Source: Dehalococcoidia bacterium
GTDB taxonomy: Bacteria; Chloroflexota; Dehalococcoidia; UBA2979
Direction of reading: 5' to 3'
Length of the DNA: 64,000 nucleotides
Assembly: GCA_965262725.1 (NCBI GenBank)
Contig: OZ253555.1
Location: forward strand, 2,976,001-3,040,000
The first letter of the stretch is position 1. Every line of letters begins with the position of its first letter. A program made the position numbers and the translations under genes. The notes beneath the pieces are model-generated. The model ran no database searches. It saw only the letters and a list, made by a program, of their open reading frames with translations, and had not been told where the DNA came from. Of the stretch, positions 20,102-29,906 are shown one piece after another.

Positions 20102-20706
20102 GCGGCGCCGAGCGCGGCGACGGCGAGCGTCGCCAGGGACGAGACCGCGAGCGCGAGGTCGCCCGCGAGGTAGCTCGGGAGGTAGAACGCCGCGGCGATG
20201 CCCGCGCCCACCACCGCAATCACCGGCCGTGTGACGATGCCGAAGAGAACGTACCCGAGCGCCACGATGCCGATCGAGACGCGGGGGATCGCGGCGGCTT
20301 CGTCGGCCGCCCCCAACCCCCCCGCCGCCGGGATGAGAAAGGCCGCCAAGACGACCGCGAGCCAGAAGAAGAAGACGCGGATGCCGGCCGCGCGGGCGGC
20401 GACGCCCTCCGCTTTCTCGCGGCCCGCGCGATGCCCGACGAACGCGCTGCCCGCCATGCCGGCCGCGACAAGGAGGCCCCACAGCGGCGCGTGGATCCAC
20501 GGGTGTGCGGCCTCGAGATCTTCCGCCAGAGTCGCGAGGGCGTACTCAGCGAGGTACCCCAGCGAGGCGATCACCCCCCAGAGCAACAGGATCGGCGTGG
20601 TCCCGGCGACGTAGAGGGAGCTCCGGGCCCTCTCCATGGTCGCGTGGATGGCGCGCCGGCTCTGCTCGGGCGTGAGCGCTCCCGCGTCGTGGTCGGACTG
20701 GTGCAT
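20074..20706 (-). CDS. Hypothetical integral membrane protein, co-transcribed with the regulator
   Basis: About 6 hydrophobic segments; AGGAG before ATG. Confidence 0.7.
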   Translation of the reverse strand: MHQSDHDAGALTPEQSRRAIHATMERARSSLYVAGTTPILLLWGVIASLGYLAEYALATLAEDLEAAHPWIHAPLWGLLVAAGMAGSAFVGHRAGREKAEGVAARAAGIRVFFFWLAVVLAAFLIPAAGGLGAADEAAAIPRVSIGIVALGYVLFGIVTRPVIAVVGAGIAAAFYLPSYLAGDLALAVSSLATLAVAALGAAWIHSRGSV

Positions 20707-20728
20707 GACGGCGCTCCTCGCGAGGTAT

Positions 20729-20745
20729 ACTTTGTCTTACAAACA
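20729..20745. promoter_or_regulatory. Candidate palindromic operator TTTGT-N3-ACAAA
   Basis: AT-rich inverted repeat (20731-20735/20739-20743) just upstream of the membrane protein-regulator operon. Confidence 0.5.
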
Positions 20746-20801
20746 TATTTGCAGTCCTGAAGAGCGCTGTCAAGCCCGGGAGCGCGGGGAGCCGGCGCCG
20801 G

Positions 20802-23267
20802 CTAGCTCGGGGCGGTCGGGCCCGAGAGCGAGGGGATGAAGAGCGCGAGGTCGGCGGGCCTGTCCTTGACGACGCCCCGCTCGCGGAGCGAGACGATCTC
20901 CTCTTCGGTGAGGCCGTTCTCTGCGAACACCTCGTCGGAGTGCTGACCCAGGAGCGGGGCGGGGCCGTGCTCCCGGTCGGGAAGCCGCGAGAGCCGCCAC
21001 GGAAGCCCCTCCCAGCGCTCGACCCCCGTCTCCGGGTGGACGAGCTCCACCCAGTAGCCCCGCTCGTAGAGGTGCGGGTCGGAGACGATCTCCCAGTTCG
21101 CGAGCACGGGCGCCGCGGGGACGCCCGCCTCCTGCAGGAGCTCCGCGGCGCGCACGTGGTCGACGTGCTCGCTCCACTCCGTGATCGCCCGGTCGATCGC
21201 GTCGTGCGCGTCCCGGCGTGCGGCGAGATCGGGGCAGCGCGCGGCGAGCTCCGGGCGCCCGATCACCCGGGCGAGCGCGATCCACTGCTCGTCCTCCTCC
21301 ACCCCGATCGCGACCCAGCAGTCGTCGCCCGCCGTGCGGTAAGCACCCTGCGGCGCGATGCGCGGGGAGCGGTTGCCGCGAGGCTCGGCGACGCGCCCGG
21401 AGAGCCGGTAGTCCAGCAGCGACTCGACGAGGAAGGAGGCGCCGCACTCGAGCAGCGAGACGTCGACGTGCTGGCCGCGGCCGCTCCGCTCGCGCTGGGA
21501 GAGCGCCGCGAGTGTGGCGAGGGCGCCGAGCGTCCCGCCGATGGGGTCGGCGTGAAAGGACCCCGTCGCGTAGCGCTCGCCCGGGCCGTACCCGGTCTGG
21601 GCGACCAGCCCGCACGATCCCTCGATGTTGGAGCCGAGCGCCGTGTAGTTCGCCTCGGGGCCGCTCGCCCCGAAGGCTGAGATCGAGCAGAGCACGATGC
21701 GCGGGTTGCGCTCGGCGAGCTGCTCGTAGCCGATCCCGAGCGAGGACATGACGCGCGGGCTGTTGTTCTCGAGCACGACGTCGGCCCTCTCGGCGAGGCG
21801 CAGGAAGGCACCCCGCCCCTCCGGAGCCTTGAGGTCGAGCACGATCGCGCGCTTGTTGCGGTTGAGCATGTTGTAGGAGGAGCCCCGGTTGTAGAAGCCC
21901 GGCCACATCTGGTCGCCGCCCGGGAAATGCTGCGAGCGCGTCGACTGCACGATCGCGCGCTCGATGACCACGACGTCGGCGCCGAGGTCGGCGAGGTGGC
22001 GGCCGGCGAGCGGCCCGGCCCAGGCGTTGGTCACCTCGATCACGCGGAGACCCCTGAGGGGGAGGGCCGGCTCATCCGCCGCCGGCCCGGTCTCGACCGG
22101 GCGGCGCTCGGGCAACGCCAGCTGCGCGTGCTCGCCGAGGAGCGGCGCCGGCCGACTCGGACCGGAGGGGGCACCCGAGAGGCGCCACGGCGGGCCCGGC
22201 ACCTCGACCGCGCCGGCTCGCGGGTGGTCGAGGGAGCGCCACCAGCCGCGCGCGCGGAGCTGCGGGGACTCGTCGAGATCGGAGACGGTGTTGACCGGCG
22301 TCATCTTCAGGCCGAGGGCCTGCCCGACGTGGTAGAGCTCCTGCATCGGGTGGTCGGCCGCCCACTCGATGAGCATGCCGCGAACCTCGGGGAGCCACGC
22401 CAGCCATCCCTCCTGACTCTGGGCCCGCGGATCCTCCATCAGTTCGGGCCGGCCGATCATCAGGAAGACCTCGGGACCGGCGCGCCCCCAGATCACGGCG
22501 CCGTCCTGGCAGGGGATGAGGCCTGTGCCGCGGCGGCGCCACACCGCTCCCCCCCACTGCCAGGAGGAGCCGAGCCAGACCTGGTCGGAGATCATCGCCT
22601 CCTGCGCGGAAACCTCGACGCGCTGGCCGCGGCCGCTCGACTGAGCCTCGCGGAGCGCGGCGAGCGCGCCCAGGGCGAGGTGCATCCCGGCGTGCAGGTC
22701 CGCCTGGTAGCTGTGCACCATCAACGGCGCCCGCTCCGGATCGCCGCAGAAGTACATCGAGCCGCCCAGCGCGTAGTCGGCGATCTCGGAGGAGCGCCGC
22801 ACGGCGTGCGGGCCCTCCCACCCGTACGCGGTCGCCGCGGCGTAGACGAGCGCGGGGTGCCGCGCCTCGAGCGCCTCGAGATCGACGCCACGCCGCGCGA
22901 GGTCGCCGGGAGAGTGCGGACCGATCAGGAGGTCGGCGCCGCGCGTCAGGGCGGCGAGCCGCTCGCGGCCCGGCTCGGAGTCGAGGTCGAGCGCGACGCT
23001 CTCCTTGCCGGCGTTGAGCGCGAGATGTAGACCTCCCTGCTCGAGGAGCTCCGCGCCGAGGGAGGAGGGGTCGGGGTACGGATCTTCGCCGGCGAAGGGG
23101 CCTAGCTGGCGGATTCGGCTCCCCGACGGCGGTTCGGCGAGGACGACGCGCGCGCCGAGATCGGAGAGCAGCCGGCCGGCGTAGGCGCCGGCCACGCCGC
23201 CCGCGAGTTCGATCACGACGACGCCCTGAAGAGCACCCGCCGCGTGCTGCTCCGGCGCCTGCGCCAT
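20802..23267 (-). CDS. Family III CoA-transferase, tandem CaiB/BaiF fusion
   Basis: Two modules: LSDLGARV..LNAGKESVALDL and LADLGADV..LNRNKRAIVLDL; each ends with APLLGEH/QH. Confidence 0.9.
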   Translation of the reverse strand: MAQAPEQHAAGALQGVVVIELAGGVAGAYAGRLLSDLGARVVLAEPPSGSRIRQLGPFAGEDPYPDPSSLGAELLEQGGLHLALNAGKESVALDLDSEPGRERLAALTRGADLLIGPHSPGDLARRGVDLEALEARHPALVYAAATAYGWEGPHAVRRSSEIADYALGGSMYFCGDPERAPLMVHSYQADLHAGMHLALGALAALREAQSSGRGQRVEVSAQEAMISDQVWLGSSWQWGGAVWRRRGTGLIPCQDGAVIWGRAGPEVFLMIGRPELMEDPRAQSQEGWLAWLPEVRGMLIEWAADHPMQELYHVGQALGLKMTPVNTVSDLDESPQLRARGWWRSLDHPRAGAVEVPGPPWRLSGAPSGPSRPAPLLGEHAQLALPERRPVETGPAADEPALPLRGLRVIEVTNAWAGPLAGRHLADLGADVVVIERAIVQSTRSQHFPGGDQMWPGFYNRGSSYNMLNRNKRAIVLDLKAPEGRGAFLRLAERADVVLENNSPRVMSSLGIGYEQLAERNPRIVLCSISAFGASGPEANYTALGSNIEGSCGLVAQTGYGPGERYATGSFHADPIGGTLGALATLAALSQRERSGRGQHVDVSLLECGASFLVESLLDYRLSGRVAEPRGNRSPRIAPQGAYRTAGDDCWVAIGVEEDEQWIALARVIGRPELAARCPDLAARRDAHDAIDRAITEWSEHVDHVRAAELLQEAGVPAAPVLANWEIVSDPHLYERGYWVELVHPETGVERWEGLPWRLSRLPDREHGPAPLLGQHSDEVFAENGLTEEEIVSLRERGVVKDRPADLALFIPSLSGPTAPS

Positions 23268-23356
23268 GCGCACCCCCGTCAACCCGCTCCCCGCCCCGCG
23301 CGGCGCGGGCCGGGGCCGATTCTACCGACCATCGTCCAGCGCCGGACGACCCGCCC

Positions 23357-24151
23357 CTACCGGAAGCCCTCGGCCGCCTTGGCGGCTGGCTCGTGTGCGG
23401 CGCGCCGGCCGGCCTCGGGGTTGTGCGAGGGCTCGAGCGCGCGGGCGCGCGCGAGTGCGGACTCGGACGGCGAGCCGGGGACGATCTCGTAGCACTCGCC
23501 GACGGCGCGGAGCAGGGCATCGGCGACCGCCTCGACGCCGGTCCCGGGGCACTCCTCCGCAACCGCGCCCGTCGCTTCGGGGCTCCACGGCACGCCCAGC
23601 GCCTCGTAGACGGGGGCGAGCGCCTCGCGCACGCGCCGGGCGTCCTGGACGACGATCACCCCGCCCACGTGCGCGGCGTGGGCGAGTAGCCGCTGCCCGA
23701 CCCCCATCAGCTTCCGTTCCCCGCGGGCGCTCACCGAATAGGGGCCCGGGCAATACTCGCCGGGTACCTCGCCGACACGGGCGTCGACGCCGAGCGAGCG
23801 GAGCGCGGTCTCCACGAACGAGGAGAGCTCCTCGAAGCGGGCGCGGATGCCGAGCCGCGGCGTCCGCTCCGGCACGGCCCAGGCGAAGGCGAGCGTCCCC
23901 TCGTGGAAGACGGCGGCGCGTCCGCCGGCGAGCCGCTCGACCGCCGCGAAGCCGAGCCGGCGCGCTGCGCGCACGGCCTCGGGGTAGCCGCTCGCGGCGG
24001 TGTCGGCGGGGCCGAAGGCGACCTCGGGACGCGCACGGTAGAGGCGGAGCGTCTCCGGCTCCTCGCCCGCCGAGGCACGCTCCAGGAGAGCGCGGGAGAG
24101 CGCCGTGTCGAGGGCCGGCGCCGCCGTGCTCGCGTAGCTCCGCCTCAGCAC
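23357..24151 (-). CDS. Lipoate-protein ligase (LplA/LipL-like) family protein
   Basis: ERLAGGRAAVFH, GEVPGEYCPG, RKLMGVGQR; start uncertain (24151-24166). Confidence 0.8.
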   Translation of the reverse strand: MLRRSYASTAAPALDTALSRALLERASAGEEPETLRLYRARPEVAFGPADTAASGYPEAVRAARRLGFAAVERLAGGRAAVFHEGTLAFAWAVPERTPRLGIRARFEELSSFVETALRSLGVDARVGEVPGEYCPGPYSVSARGERKLMGVGQRLLAHAAHVGGVIVVQDARRVREALAPVYEALGVPWSPEATGAVAEECPGTGVEAVADALLRAVGECYEIVPGSPSESALARARALEPSHNPEAGRRAAHEPAAKAAEGFR

Positions 24152-24266
24152 GCGGATCGTCCGCAGCGCGCTCCCCCTGCCCGGCTTACCGTCGCGCGAC
24201 GGTCCCAACCAGCGTAGCGTACGCGCTCGCCGGCCACTCGTCGGGGGCGGCGGGCGGGGAGGGCTG

Positions 24267-25334
24267 GTGGCGCTGACGCTGGGCGTGGTGGACCAGTCGC
24301 CGATACGCCAGGGCGGCACGGCGCGCGAGGCGCTCGACGAGACCATCGAGCTCGCCCGCGCCTGCGATCGCCTCGGCTACCGCCGCTACTGGCTCGCCGA
24401 GCACCACGGCGCCGGCGGGCTCGCCAGCGCGAGCCCCGAGGTTCTGATCCCGCTCGTCGCGCGAGAAACGCGGCGGATGCGAGTGGGCTCGGGCGGCGTG
24501 ATGCTGACACACTACTCGGCGCTCAAGGTCGCCGAGCAGTTCCGGCTGCTGACCGAGCTCTTCCCCGCACGCATCGATCTCGGCGTGGGACGGGCGCCGG
24601 GGAGCGACCTGCGCACGGCGCACGCGCTCTCGCCGCTCGGCCGCCACGCCTCGGTCGATCGCTACCCGGAGCAGGTCGCGGAGCTCGTCTCGCTGCTCGG
24701 GGGGGACTATCCGCCGGGCCACCCGCTCCGGGGCGTTGGCGTCACGCCTCAGCCGGCGCGCGACGCGGACGGCACGCTCGCACCCGACGCGATGCCGGAG
24801 GTCTGGCTCCTCGGCTCCTCGACCGACAGCGCCGCCATCGCCGCCGAGCAGGGGCTCGCCTTCTCCTACGCCCAGTTCATCAACCCGGTCGCCGAGCTCG
24901 GTGAGCGCGCGGCGCGCCTCTACCGCGAGCGCTTCCGCCCCTCGCTGCTGCTCGACGAGCCCCGGCTCTCGGTCGCGGTCACGGCGCTCTGCGCCGAGAG
25001 CGAGGAGCGCGCGCAGCTCCTCTCCTGGAGCCGCTTCTGCTGGCGCTTCCGCCGCTCGCGGGGCGCGGGACGCGGGGGCGTCCCCCCGGTCGAGGAGGCG
25101 CTCGCCTTCGGCTACACCCCTGCCGAGCTCGAGTACATCGAGTACGCGCGCTCGCGATCGGCCGTCGGCGATCCCGATCAGGTGCGCGAGCAGCTCGAGG
25201 CCTTCTCGCGCGAGTACGGCACCGACGAGATGCTCCTGGTCACCATCACGCACGACTTCTCCGATCGCGTCCGCTCCTACGAGCTGGTGGCGGAGGCCTG
25301 CGGCCTCGCGCCCGCATCCACGGAGCGCGGGTAG
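24267..25334 (+). CDS. Luciferase-like (LLM class) flavin-dependent oxidoreductase
   Basis: YWLAEHH, RVGSGGVML.HYS.LKVAEQF, DLGVGRAPG, WLLGSS. Confidence 0.9.
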   Translation: MALTLGVVDQSPIRQGGTAREALDETIELARACDRLGYRRYWLAEHHGAGGLASASPEVLIPLVARETRRMRVGSGGVMLTHYSALKVAEQFRLLTELFPARIDLGVGRAPGSDLRTAHALSPLGRHASVDRYPEQVAELVSLLGGDYPPGHPLRGVGVTPQPARDADGTLAPDAMPEVWLLGSSTDSAAIAAEQGLAFSYAQFINPVAELGERAARLYRERFRPSLLLDEPRLSVAVTALCAESEERAQLLSWSRFCWRFRRSRGAGRGGVPPVEEALAFGYTPAELEYIEYARSRSAVGDPDQVREQLEAFSREYGTDEMLLVTITHDFSDRVRSYELVAEACGLAPASTERG

Positions 25335-25398
25335 CGCCCGACCCTTGCGGCGGGGCGGGCGGTGAGCAATCCTCCCGGGGCGCCGCGAGGGGGCCACG

Positions 25399-26634
25399 AT
25401 GGATTTCGCCGACACGCCGGAGCAGTCCGCGTTCCGCGCCGAGGTGCGCGCGCTCATCGAGCGCAAGCTACCTCCCCGCTACCGCGAGCTCGCGGAGAAC
25501 GGGCGGCCCGAGACGGCCTTTCTCTGGGAGGAGGACCGCGCGTCGAGCGATCAGGCGAAGCGCGAGGCGTCGGCGAGCTGGGCGGAGTCGGTGCGCTCGC
25601 GGGGTTGGTTCGCGCCCGCGTGGCCGGCCGAGTACGGCGGCGGCGGCCTCGGCATGATCGAGCAGTTCATCCTGAAGCAGGAGATGGCGGTGGCCGACGC
25701 GCCCGCCCCGGGCTCGAACGTCGGCATCGACATGCTGGGGCCCGTGTTGATCATTCACGGCACCGAGGAGCTCCGGCGCACCCACCTCCCGCGCATCCTC
25801 GACGCCTCCGTCGTCTGGGCTCAGGGCTACTCGGAGCCGGGCGCCGGCTCCGACCTCGCCTCCCTGCGCACGCGCGCCGTGCGCGACGGCGACGACTACG
25901 TCATCAACGGGCAGAAGATCTGGACCACCCACGCCCATCAGGCGGACTGGATCTTCGTGCTCACCCGCACCGATCCCGACCAGCCGAAGCACCGGGGCAT
26001 CTCCTTCCTCTTGATGGACATCCGGACGGCCGGCATCACGGTGCGCCCACTCGTCAACATGGGCTGGCAGCACGAGTTCAACGAGACTTTCTTCGAGGAC
26101 GTGCGCGTGCCGGCCGAGCAGCGAGTGGGCGAGGAGCACCGCGGCTGGTACGTGGCGATGACGCTCCTCGACCACGAGCGCTCCAACGTGACGGGCGCGG
26201 TGGCAGCTCAGCGGCAGATCGGCCGCCTCGTCGAGTTCACAACCGGCGCCGGCCAGGAGTGTTCGCGCCTCGGCCGCGGCGGCGAGGGCAGGGCGCTACG
26301 CCAGCAGCTCGCGCAGCTCACGATCGAGTCGGAGGTGCTCCTCACCTTCTCGCTGCGCATCATCTCGATGCAGGCACGCGGCCAGGTGCCGAACTATGAG
26401 GCCTCGGTCTCGAAGATCTTCGCGGAGGCGCTGGACAAGGCCGTCGCGCGCACCGGGACGAAGCTCTTCGGGCTCTACGCCCATCTCTGGGACCCGGACG
26501 AGCCCCGCACGCCGATGATGGCGCGCCACACGCAGAACTACTGCTTCACGGTCGCGCGCTCCATCGGCGGCGGGACCTCGGAGATCCAGCGCAACGTGAT
26601 CGCGACGCGCGGCCTCGGCCTCCCCCGCGGGTAG
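25399..26634 (+). CDS. Acyl-CoA dehydrogenase family protein
   Basis: QGYSEPGAGSDLASL, NGQKIWT, SIGGGTSEIQRNVIA. Confidence 0.92.
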   Translation: MDFADTPEQSAFRAEVRALIERKLPPRYRELAENGRPETAFLWEEDRASSDQAKREASASWAESVRSRGWFAPAWPAEYGGGGLGMIEQFILKQEMAVADAPAPGSNVGIDMLGPVLIIHGTEELRRTHLPRILDASVVWAQGYSEPGAGSDLASLRTRAVRDGDDYVINGQKIWTTHAHQADWIFVLTRTDPDQPKHRGISFLLMDIRTAGITVRPLVNMGWQHEFNETFFEDVRVPAEQRVGEEHRGWYVAMTLLDHERSNVTGAVAAQRQIGRLVEFTTGAGQECSRLGRGGEGRALRQQLAQLTIESEVLLTFSLRIISMQARGQVPNYEASVSKIFAEALDKAVARTGTKLFGLYAHLWDPDEPRTPMMARHTQNYCFTVARSIGGGTSEIQRNVIATRGLGLPRG

Positions 26635-26657
26635 CCGCCGCGCCCGCCGGAGCCGGT

Positions 26658-26753
26658 GTGACGGGAGCAGGCAGGGTGACGGGAGCAGGCAGGGTGGCGG
26701 GAGCAGGCAGGGTGGCGGGAGCAGGCAGGGTGGCGGGAGCAGGCAGGGTGGCG
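26658..26753 (+). repeat. Tandem repeat, 5 x 18 bp GTG(A/G)CGGGAGCAGGCAGG plus partial copy
   Basis: Units start at 26658, 26676, 26694, 26712 and 26730; partial unit at 26748. Confidence 0.95.
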
Positions 26754-27416
26754 AGGCGGATCTACCTGGTTCGCCACGGGGCGACGGAGTGGACGGCCGC
26801 GGGGCGTTTGCAGGGCCAGACCGACGTGCCGCTCTCCGAGGAGGGCCGCCGCCAGGCCCGGGAGGCCGCGCGGCACCTCTCGAGCATCGCATTCGACGCC
26901 GCCTACACCAGCGATCTTTCGCGCGCGCTCACGACGGCCGAGACGATTCTCCGGGCGCAGCCCGGGGCCGCCCCGCTCACCACCCTCGAGGGCCTGCGCG
27001 AGATCTCGGACGGGATCTACGAGGGGTGGTCGGCCCAGGCCGCGGCGGAGGCGGAGCCGCGCATGACGCCAACGCCCGACGGATCGGCGTCGGCGCTCGA
27101 CTTCGCGGCGCCCGGAGGGGAGAGCATCCGAGATGTCTTCGTGCGCCAGCAGCAGGTGGCAGCGCAGCTGATCGCCGAGGACACCGGGCTCCGCATTCTC
27201 GTCGTCGCCCACAACTGGGCGCTCAGGCTGCTGGCGGCGGCCCTCACGGGTCGGGGTCCCGAGTGGTTCGGAGAGCTCGAATCACTCCGTCCGGCGAGCG
27301 TCTCGATCGTGGAGATCCGCGGCGGGGCGGGCTCGATCACGCTCTGGAACGAGACGGGGCCGCTCCCACCTGCGCACGTCCACGGCAGTGGCGCTTCTGC
27401 CGGCACCGAGGTTTGA
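26748..27416 (+). CDS. Histidine phosphatase (PGM/CobC-like) family protein
   Basis: LVRHGAT, QGQTDVPLS, SDLSRA, GES, VVAH; in-frame upstream GTGs to 26658. Confidence 0.85.
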   Translation: MARRIYLVRHGATEWTAAGRLQGQTDVPLSEEGRRQAREAARHLSSIAFDAAYTSDLSRALTTAETILRAQPGAAPLTTLEGLREISDGIYEGWSAQAAAEAEPRMTPTPDGSASALDFAAPGGESIRDVFVRQQQVAAQLIAEDTGLRILVVAHNWALRLLAAALTGRGPEWFGELESLRPASVSIVEIRGGAGSITLWNETGPLPPAHVHGSGASAGTEV

Positions 27417-27418
27417 TT

Positions 27419-28315
27419 ATGCCACGCACCCGGGGGGGGTCCGATCCTGTGAGGCTCCTGCGCGTACCGGCCGTGCTCCTCGGGCCGCCGGCCATCGTGG
27501 TTGGGGTCGCGGTCGCATTCCACCCGGATGTCCTAGGCACGGCCACCGCCGCGCCGGCCTACGTCGTGTTTCTCTACTGGATCTTCATCGTGTCGTGGAC
27601 CGTGATGGCCGCGCGGAGGTCCTCGCGTGGCCCGCTGCGGCTGCGCACCAGGCTCATGCTGGGGACCGCGGGCCTCGCGGCGATGTACATCCTTTTCGGG
27701 TTCGGCGGTCTCGGACTCGGCTCCGGTCTGCTGGTCGTGGCCGCCCTGCCGCGCGCGGACTGGATAGCGCCGCGTTGCCGCGTCGCGTCCGCGGCGGCGT
27801 GGATGGCCCTCGCGATGGCCTGCTGCGTCGGGCTCTGGCTGGGACTCGGCCCCGCCTACCACAGCGTGTCGGCGACGGCCTCGGTGTCGCCCGCGGGCGG
27901 CGTGCCCGTCGCGCCCGTCGCGCCCGCCGTGTCGGACTCCGGGGGCGACCCGGCCACCTCCACTCTCACTCTCGTCGACGTGAACGGCCTGGGGGTTATC
28001 TGGCTACTGGTCGTGCCCGTCCTGCTCGCGGTTCTGGCCGTTCTGACCGTTCACGCGACCACGCCCGGTGGATTGCTGCGCACGATGCTCCTGTGGGTGT
28101 TCGCCGTCTCGCTTTCGGTCTTGTCTCTCCTGACGAGCCTGTCGATCGGCATGCTCTACCTGCCCGCGTCGCTCGCGCTGCTGGGTGCCGCCGCCAACGC
28201 TTCCGCGGGGCGCCGCCCCGTCCGCGCCACCGCCGACGGCGTACCGCCCTCCGGTCGACGCGGAAAAGCCTCACGCGCCGGGGGCGTGACGTCCCGCGGC
28301 AGGACGCGGAGCTAG
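27419..28315 (+). CDS. Hypothetical multi-pass membrane protein
   Basis: ATG 3 nt after upstream stop; about 8 hydrophobic segments. Confidence 0.6.
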   Translation: MPRTRGGSDPVRLLRVPAVLLGPPAIVVGVAVAFHPDVLGTATAAPAYVVFLYWIFIVSWTVMAARRSSRGPLRLRTRLMLGTAGLAAMYILFGFGGLGLGSGLLVVAALPRADWIAPRCRVASAAAWMALAMACCVGLWLGLGPAYHSVSATASVSPAGGVPVAPVAPAVSDSGGDPATSTLTLVDVNGLGVIWLLVVPVLLAVLAVLTVHATTPGGLLRTMLLWVFAVSLSVLSLLTSLSIGMLYLPASLALLGAAANASAGRRPVRATADGVPPSGRRGKASRAGGVTSRGRTRS

Positions 28316-28503
28316 GCCCGCGCGGAACCCTCACCCGGGCGCGCGCGGCGCGACTTCGATGCGCGGAGCGTCGGACGCGCCTCCGGCGCGAAGTGGCGGC
28401 TCGCGCCGCAGTTCGTGCAGGTGGCGGCCGTGCCGTCCGGTCCCGGCGCGGCGAGCATCCAGTGGTGGACGCAGTCGCCCCCATCCGCGGTCGATGGCGA
28501 CAT
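28312..28503 (-). CDS. Small putative zinc-ribbon protein (63 aa)
   Basis: GGAG then ATG; CVHHW...CTNCG. Confidence 0.6.
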   Translation of the reverse strand: MSPSTADGGDCVHHWMLAAPGPDGTAATCTNCGASRHFAPEARPTLRASKSRRARPGEGSARA

Positions 28504-28568
28504 TCGGCACTCCCCCCGCCCAACGTGCGCATGACAGGATACCCCGACGGCCCGCGCCCCGCTCGCGA

Positions 28569-28871
28569 TCACCCTGCTCCGCGCGCCTCCTCGCCCGGCG
28601 GAGCGGCGTCCGGGGCGAACGGAATCTTCTGGAGGATCACCTGCCGGTCCTGCACGCGCAGCAACCGATCGCCGGCGACGTCGTCCACGACCCGGACCAG
28701 GTCGTCCGCCTCGCGGATCGCGACATCGAGCGTGCGCAGCCGCCGGGGGGAGTGCTCGGGCCGCGCGCGCTCCTCCTCGCGCAGCTGCTCGAGCCGGGCG
28801 CGGTAGCCCTCCGCCAGCAGGAGCAGACGGTCCCACGCCGCGCGGATCTCGGCGACCTCGTCAAAGAGCAG
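28569..28871 (-). CDS. Hypothetical helical protein (100 aa), CTG start; not in ORF track
   Basis: AGGAGG 6 nt before CTG; overlaps the selenoprotein stop; host-like codons (LFDEVAEIRAAWDRLL...VILQKIPF). Confidence 0.6.
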   Translation of the reverse strand: MLFDEVAEIRAAWDRLLLLAEGYRARLEQLREEERARPEHSPRRLRTLDVAIREADDLVRVVDDVAGDRLLRVQDRQVILQKIPFAPDAAPPGEEARGAG

Positions 28872-29787
28872 CGGGCGCCTCCTTGCTCCCGTCGCCCGGC
28901 AGGCGGACGGAGGGCCGGGCCTCCCTGCGCCAGCGGTGCGGCAGCGTCACGATGCTCTCGGGCTCCGCGATCACCCAGGGCAGCCTTAGCAGGTCGCCGA
29001 GGATGACCCGCTGCTGTTCGGCCCGCCCCGCCTCGCCGAGCGGGTTCCCCTGCGGGAGACGCATCCGGGCCGCCCTCGGCGCGCGGATGTAGTGGGTGAT
29101 CTCGGGCTTCATCGTTGCCGAGATGGTCGTGATCCCCGCTTCCTCGATGACGTTTTGGATCAGTCCTACGGACCGATGGCAGAGCCATCACCCCGGGGTG
29201 AGCAGCACGAGGTCGACCTCGTCGGCGGCGAGCATCGCGGCGACCCGGGGCGCCGTTTCCGCAAGGAGATCCCCGGGGTCGGAGATGCAGCCCATCAACC
29301 CGACGTGGCGGGGCGCCACCTCGCCGACCTCGCCCGAGACGGCGAGATCATGCAGCCGGTCCAGCGGGAGCATGCAGTTCACGTCCCGGTCGGCGTCGGC
29401 GTGGTTGTAGTGGTCGTGGTCGATCGCGAAGTCACCGGCGCTCGCCGCCGCCGGAATCTCGTTCCACGCGGCGTCGGCGCGCTCGCAGTCAACCTCGTAG
29501 GTGGGCTGCGAGCGTAGCCGGATGCCGCCGGTCGAGAGGAGCGCCACCCGCGAGGCGGCGAGCGGATTCCGGGGCGGTGACCAGTGCACCGTCTCGTTGC
29601 GGACGAAGCGGAAGCGGGGATGGACGGAGGCCGCCATCACGACCCAGCGCGCGAACTTCTCCTCCCGATCGTCGGCGAACTCCTCGGGCGGGAGCCCGAA
29701 GGCCTCCTCCGAAGCGGCCTCGAGAGCGATCCAGCGCGCGATCTTCTCCTGAAGCTGGGCCCACGGAAGGGGCGGCTGGTCGGACAC
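28861..29787 (-). CDS. PrdB/GrdB-family (reductase component B-like) selenoprotein; UGA 29190-29188 read as Sec
   Basis: ORFs 29188-29835 and 28861-29112 are in one frame: VDLVLLTPG-U-WLCHRSVGLIQNVIEEAGITT..PRAA..PQGNPLG. Family motifs ALLSTGG and DRDVNCMLPLDRL. GGAGG before GTG 29787 (alternative start 29835). Confidence 0.85.
29159..29177 (-). promoter_or_regulatory. Candidate bacterial SECIS hairpin
   Basis: AUCGGUCC-GUA-GGACUGAU: 8-bp stem with one G-U; loop starts with G, 18 nt after the UGA. Confidence 0.7.
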
Positions 29788-29906
29788 GGGCAACCTCCCC
29801 GGCGACTCTACCCCAGCGTCCTGCACGCCGCTCACCGGCCCGGGCGGCCGGCCTCGCGCGGGGGGTTGAGGCGTGGCAGACTCGCGCGGGGTCGAAGGGA
29901 GTGCCC

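Noticed and set aside
26658-26753. Repeat array as CRISPR
   Set aside because: Head-to-tail 18-bp units with no spacers, and no cas genes.
28637-29191. 184-aa ORF starting at the ATG overlapping the UGA (MMALPSVRR..)
   Set aside because: Off-frame and low-complexity; family-like sequence continues in the UGA frame.
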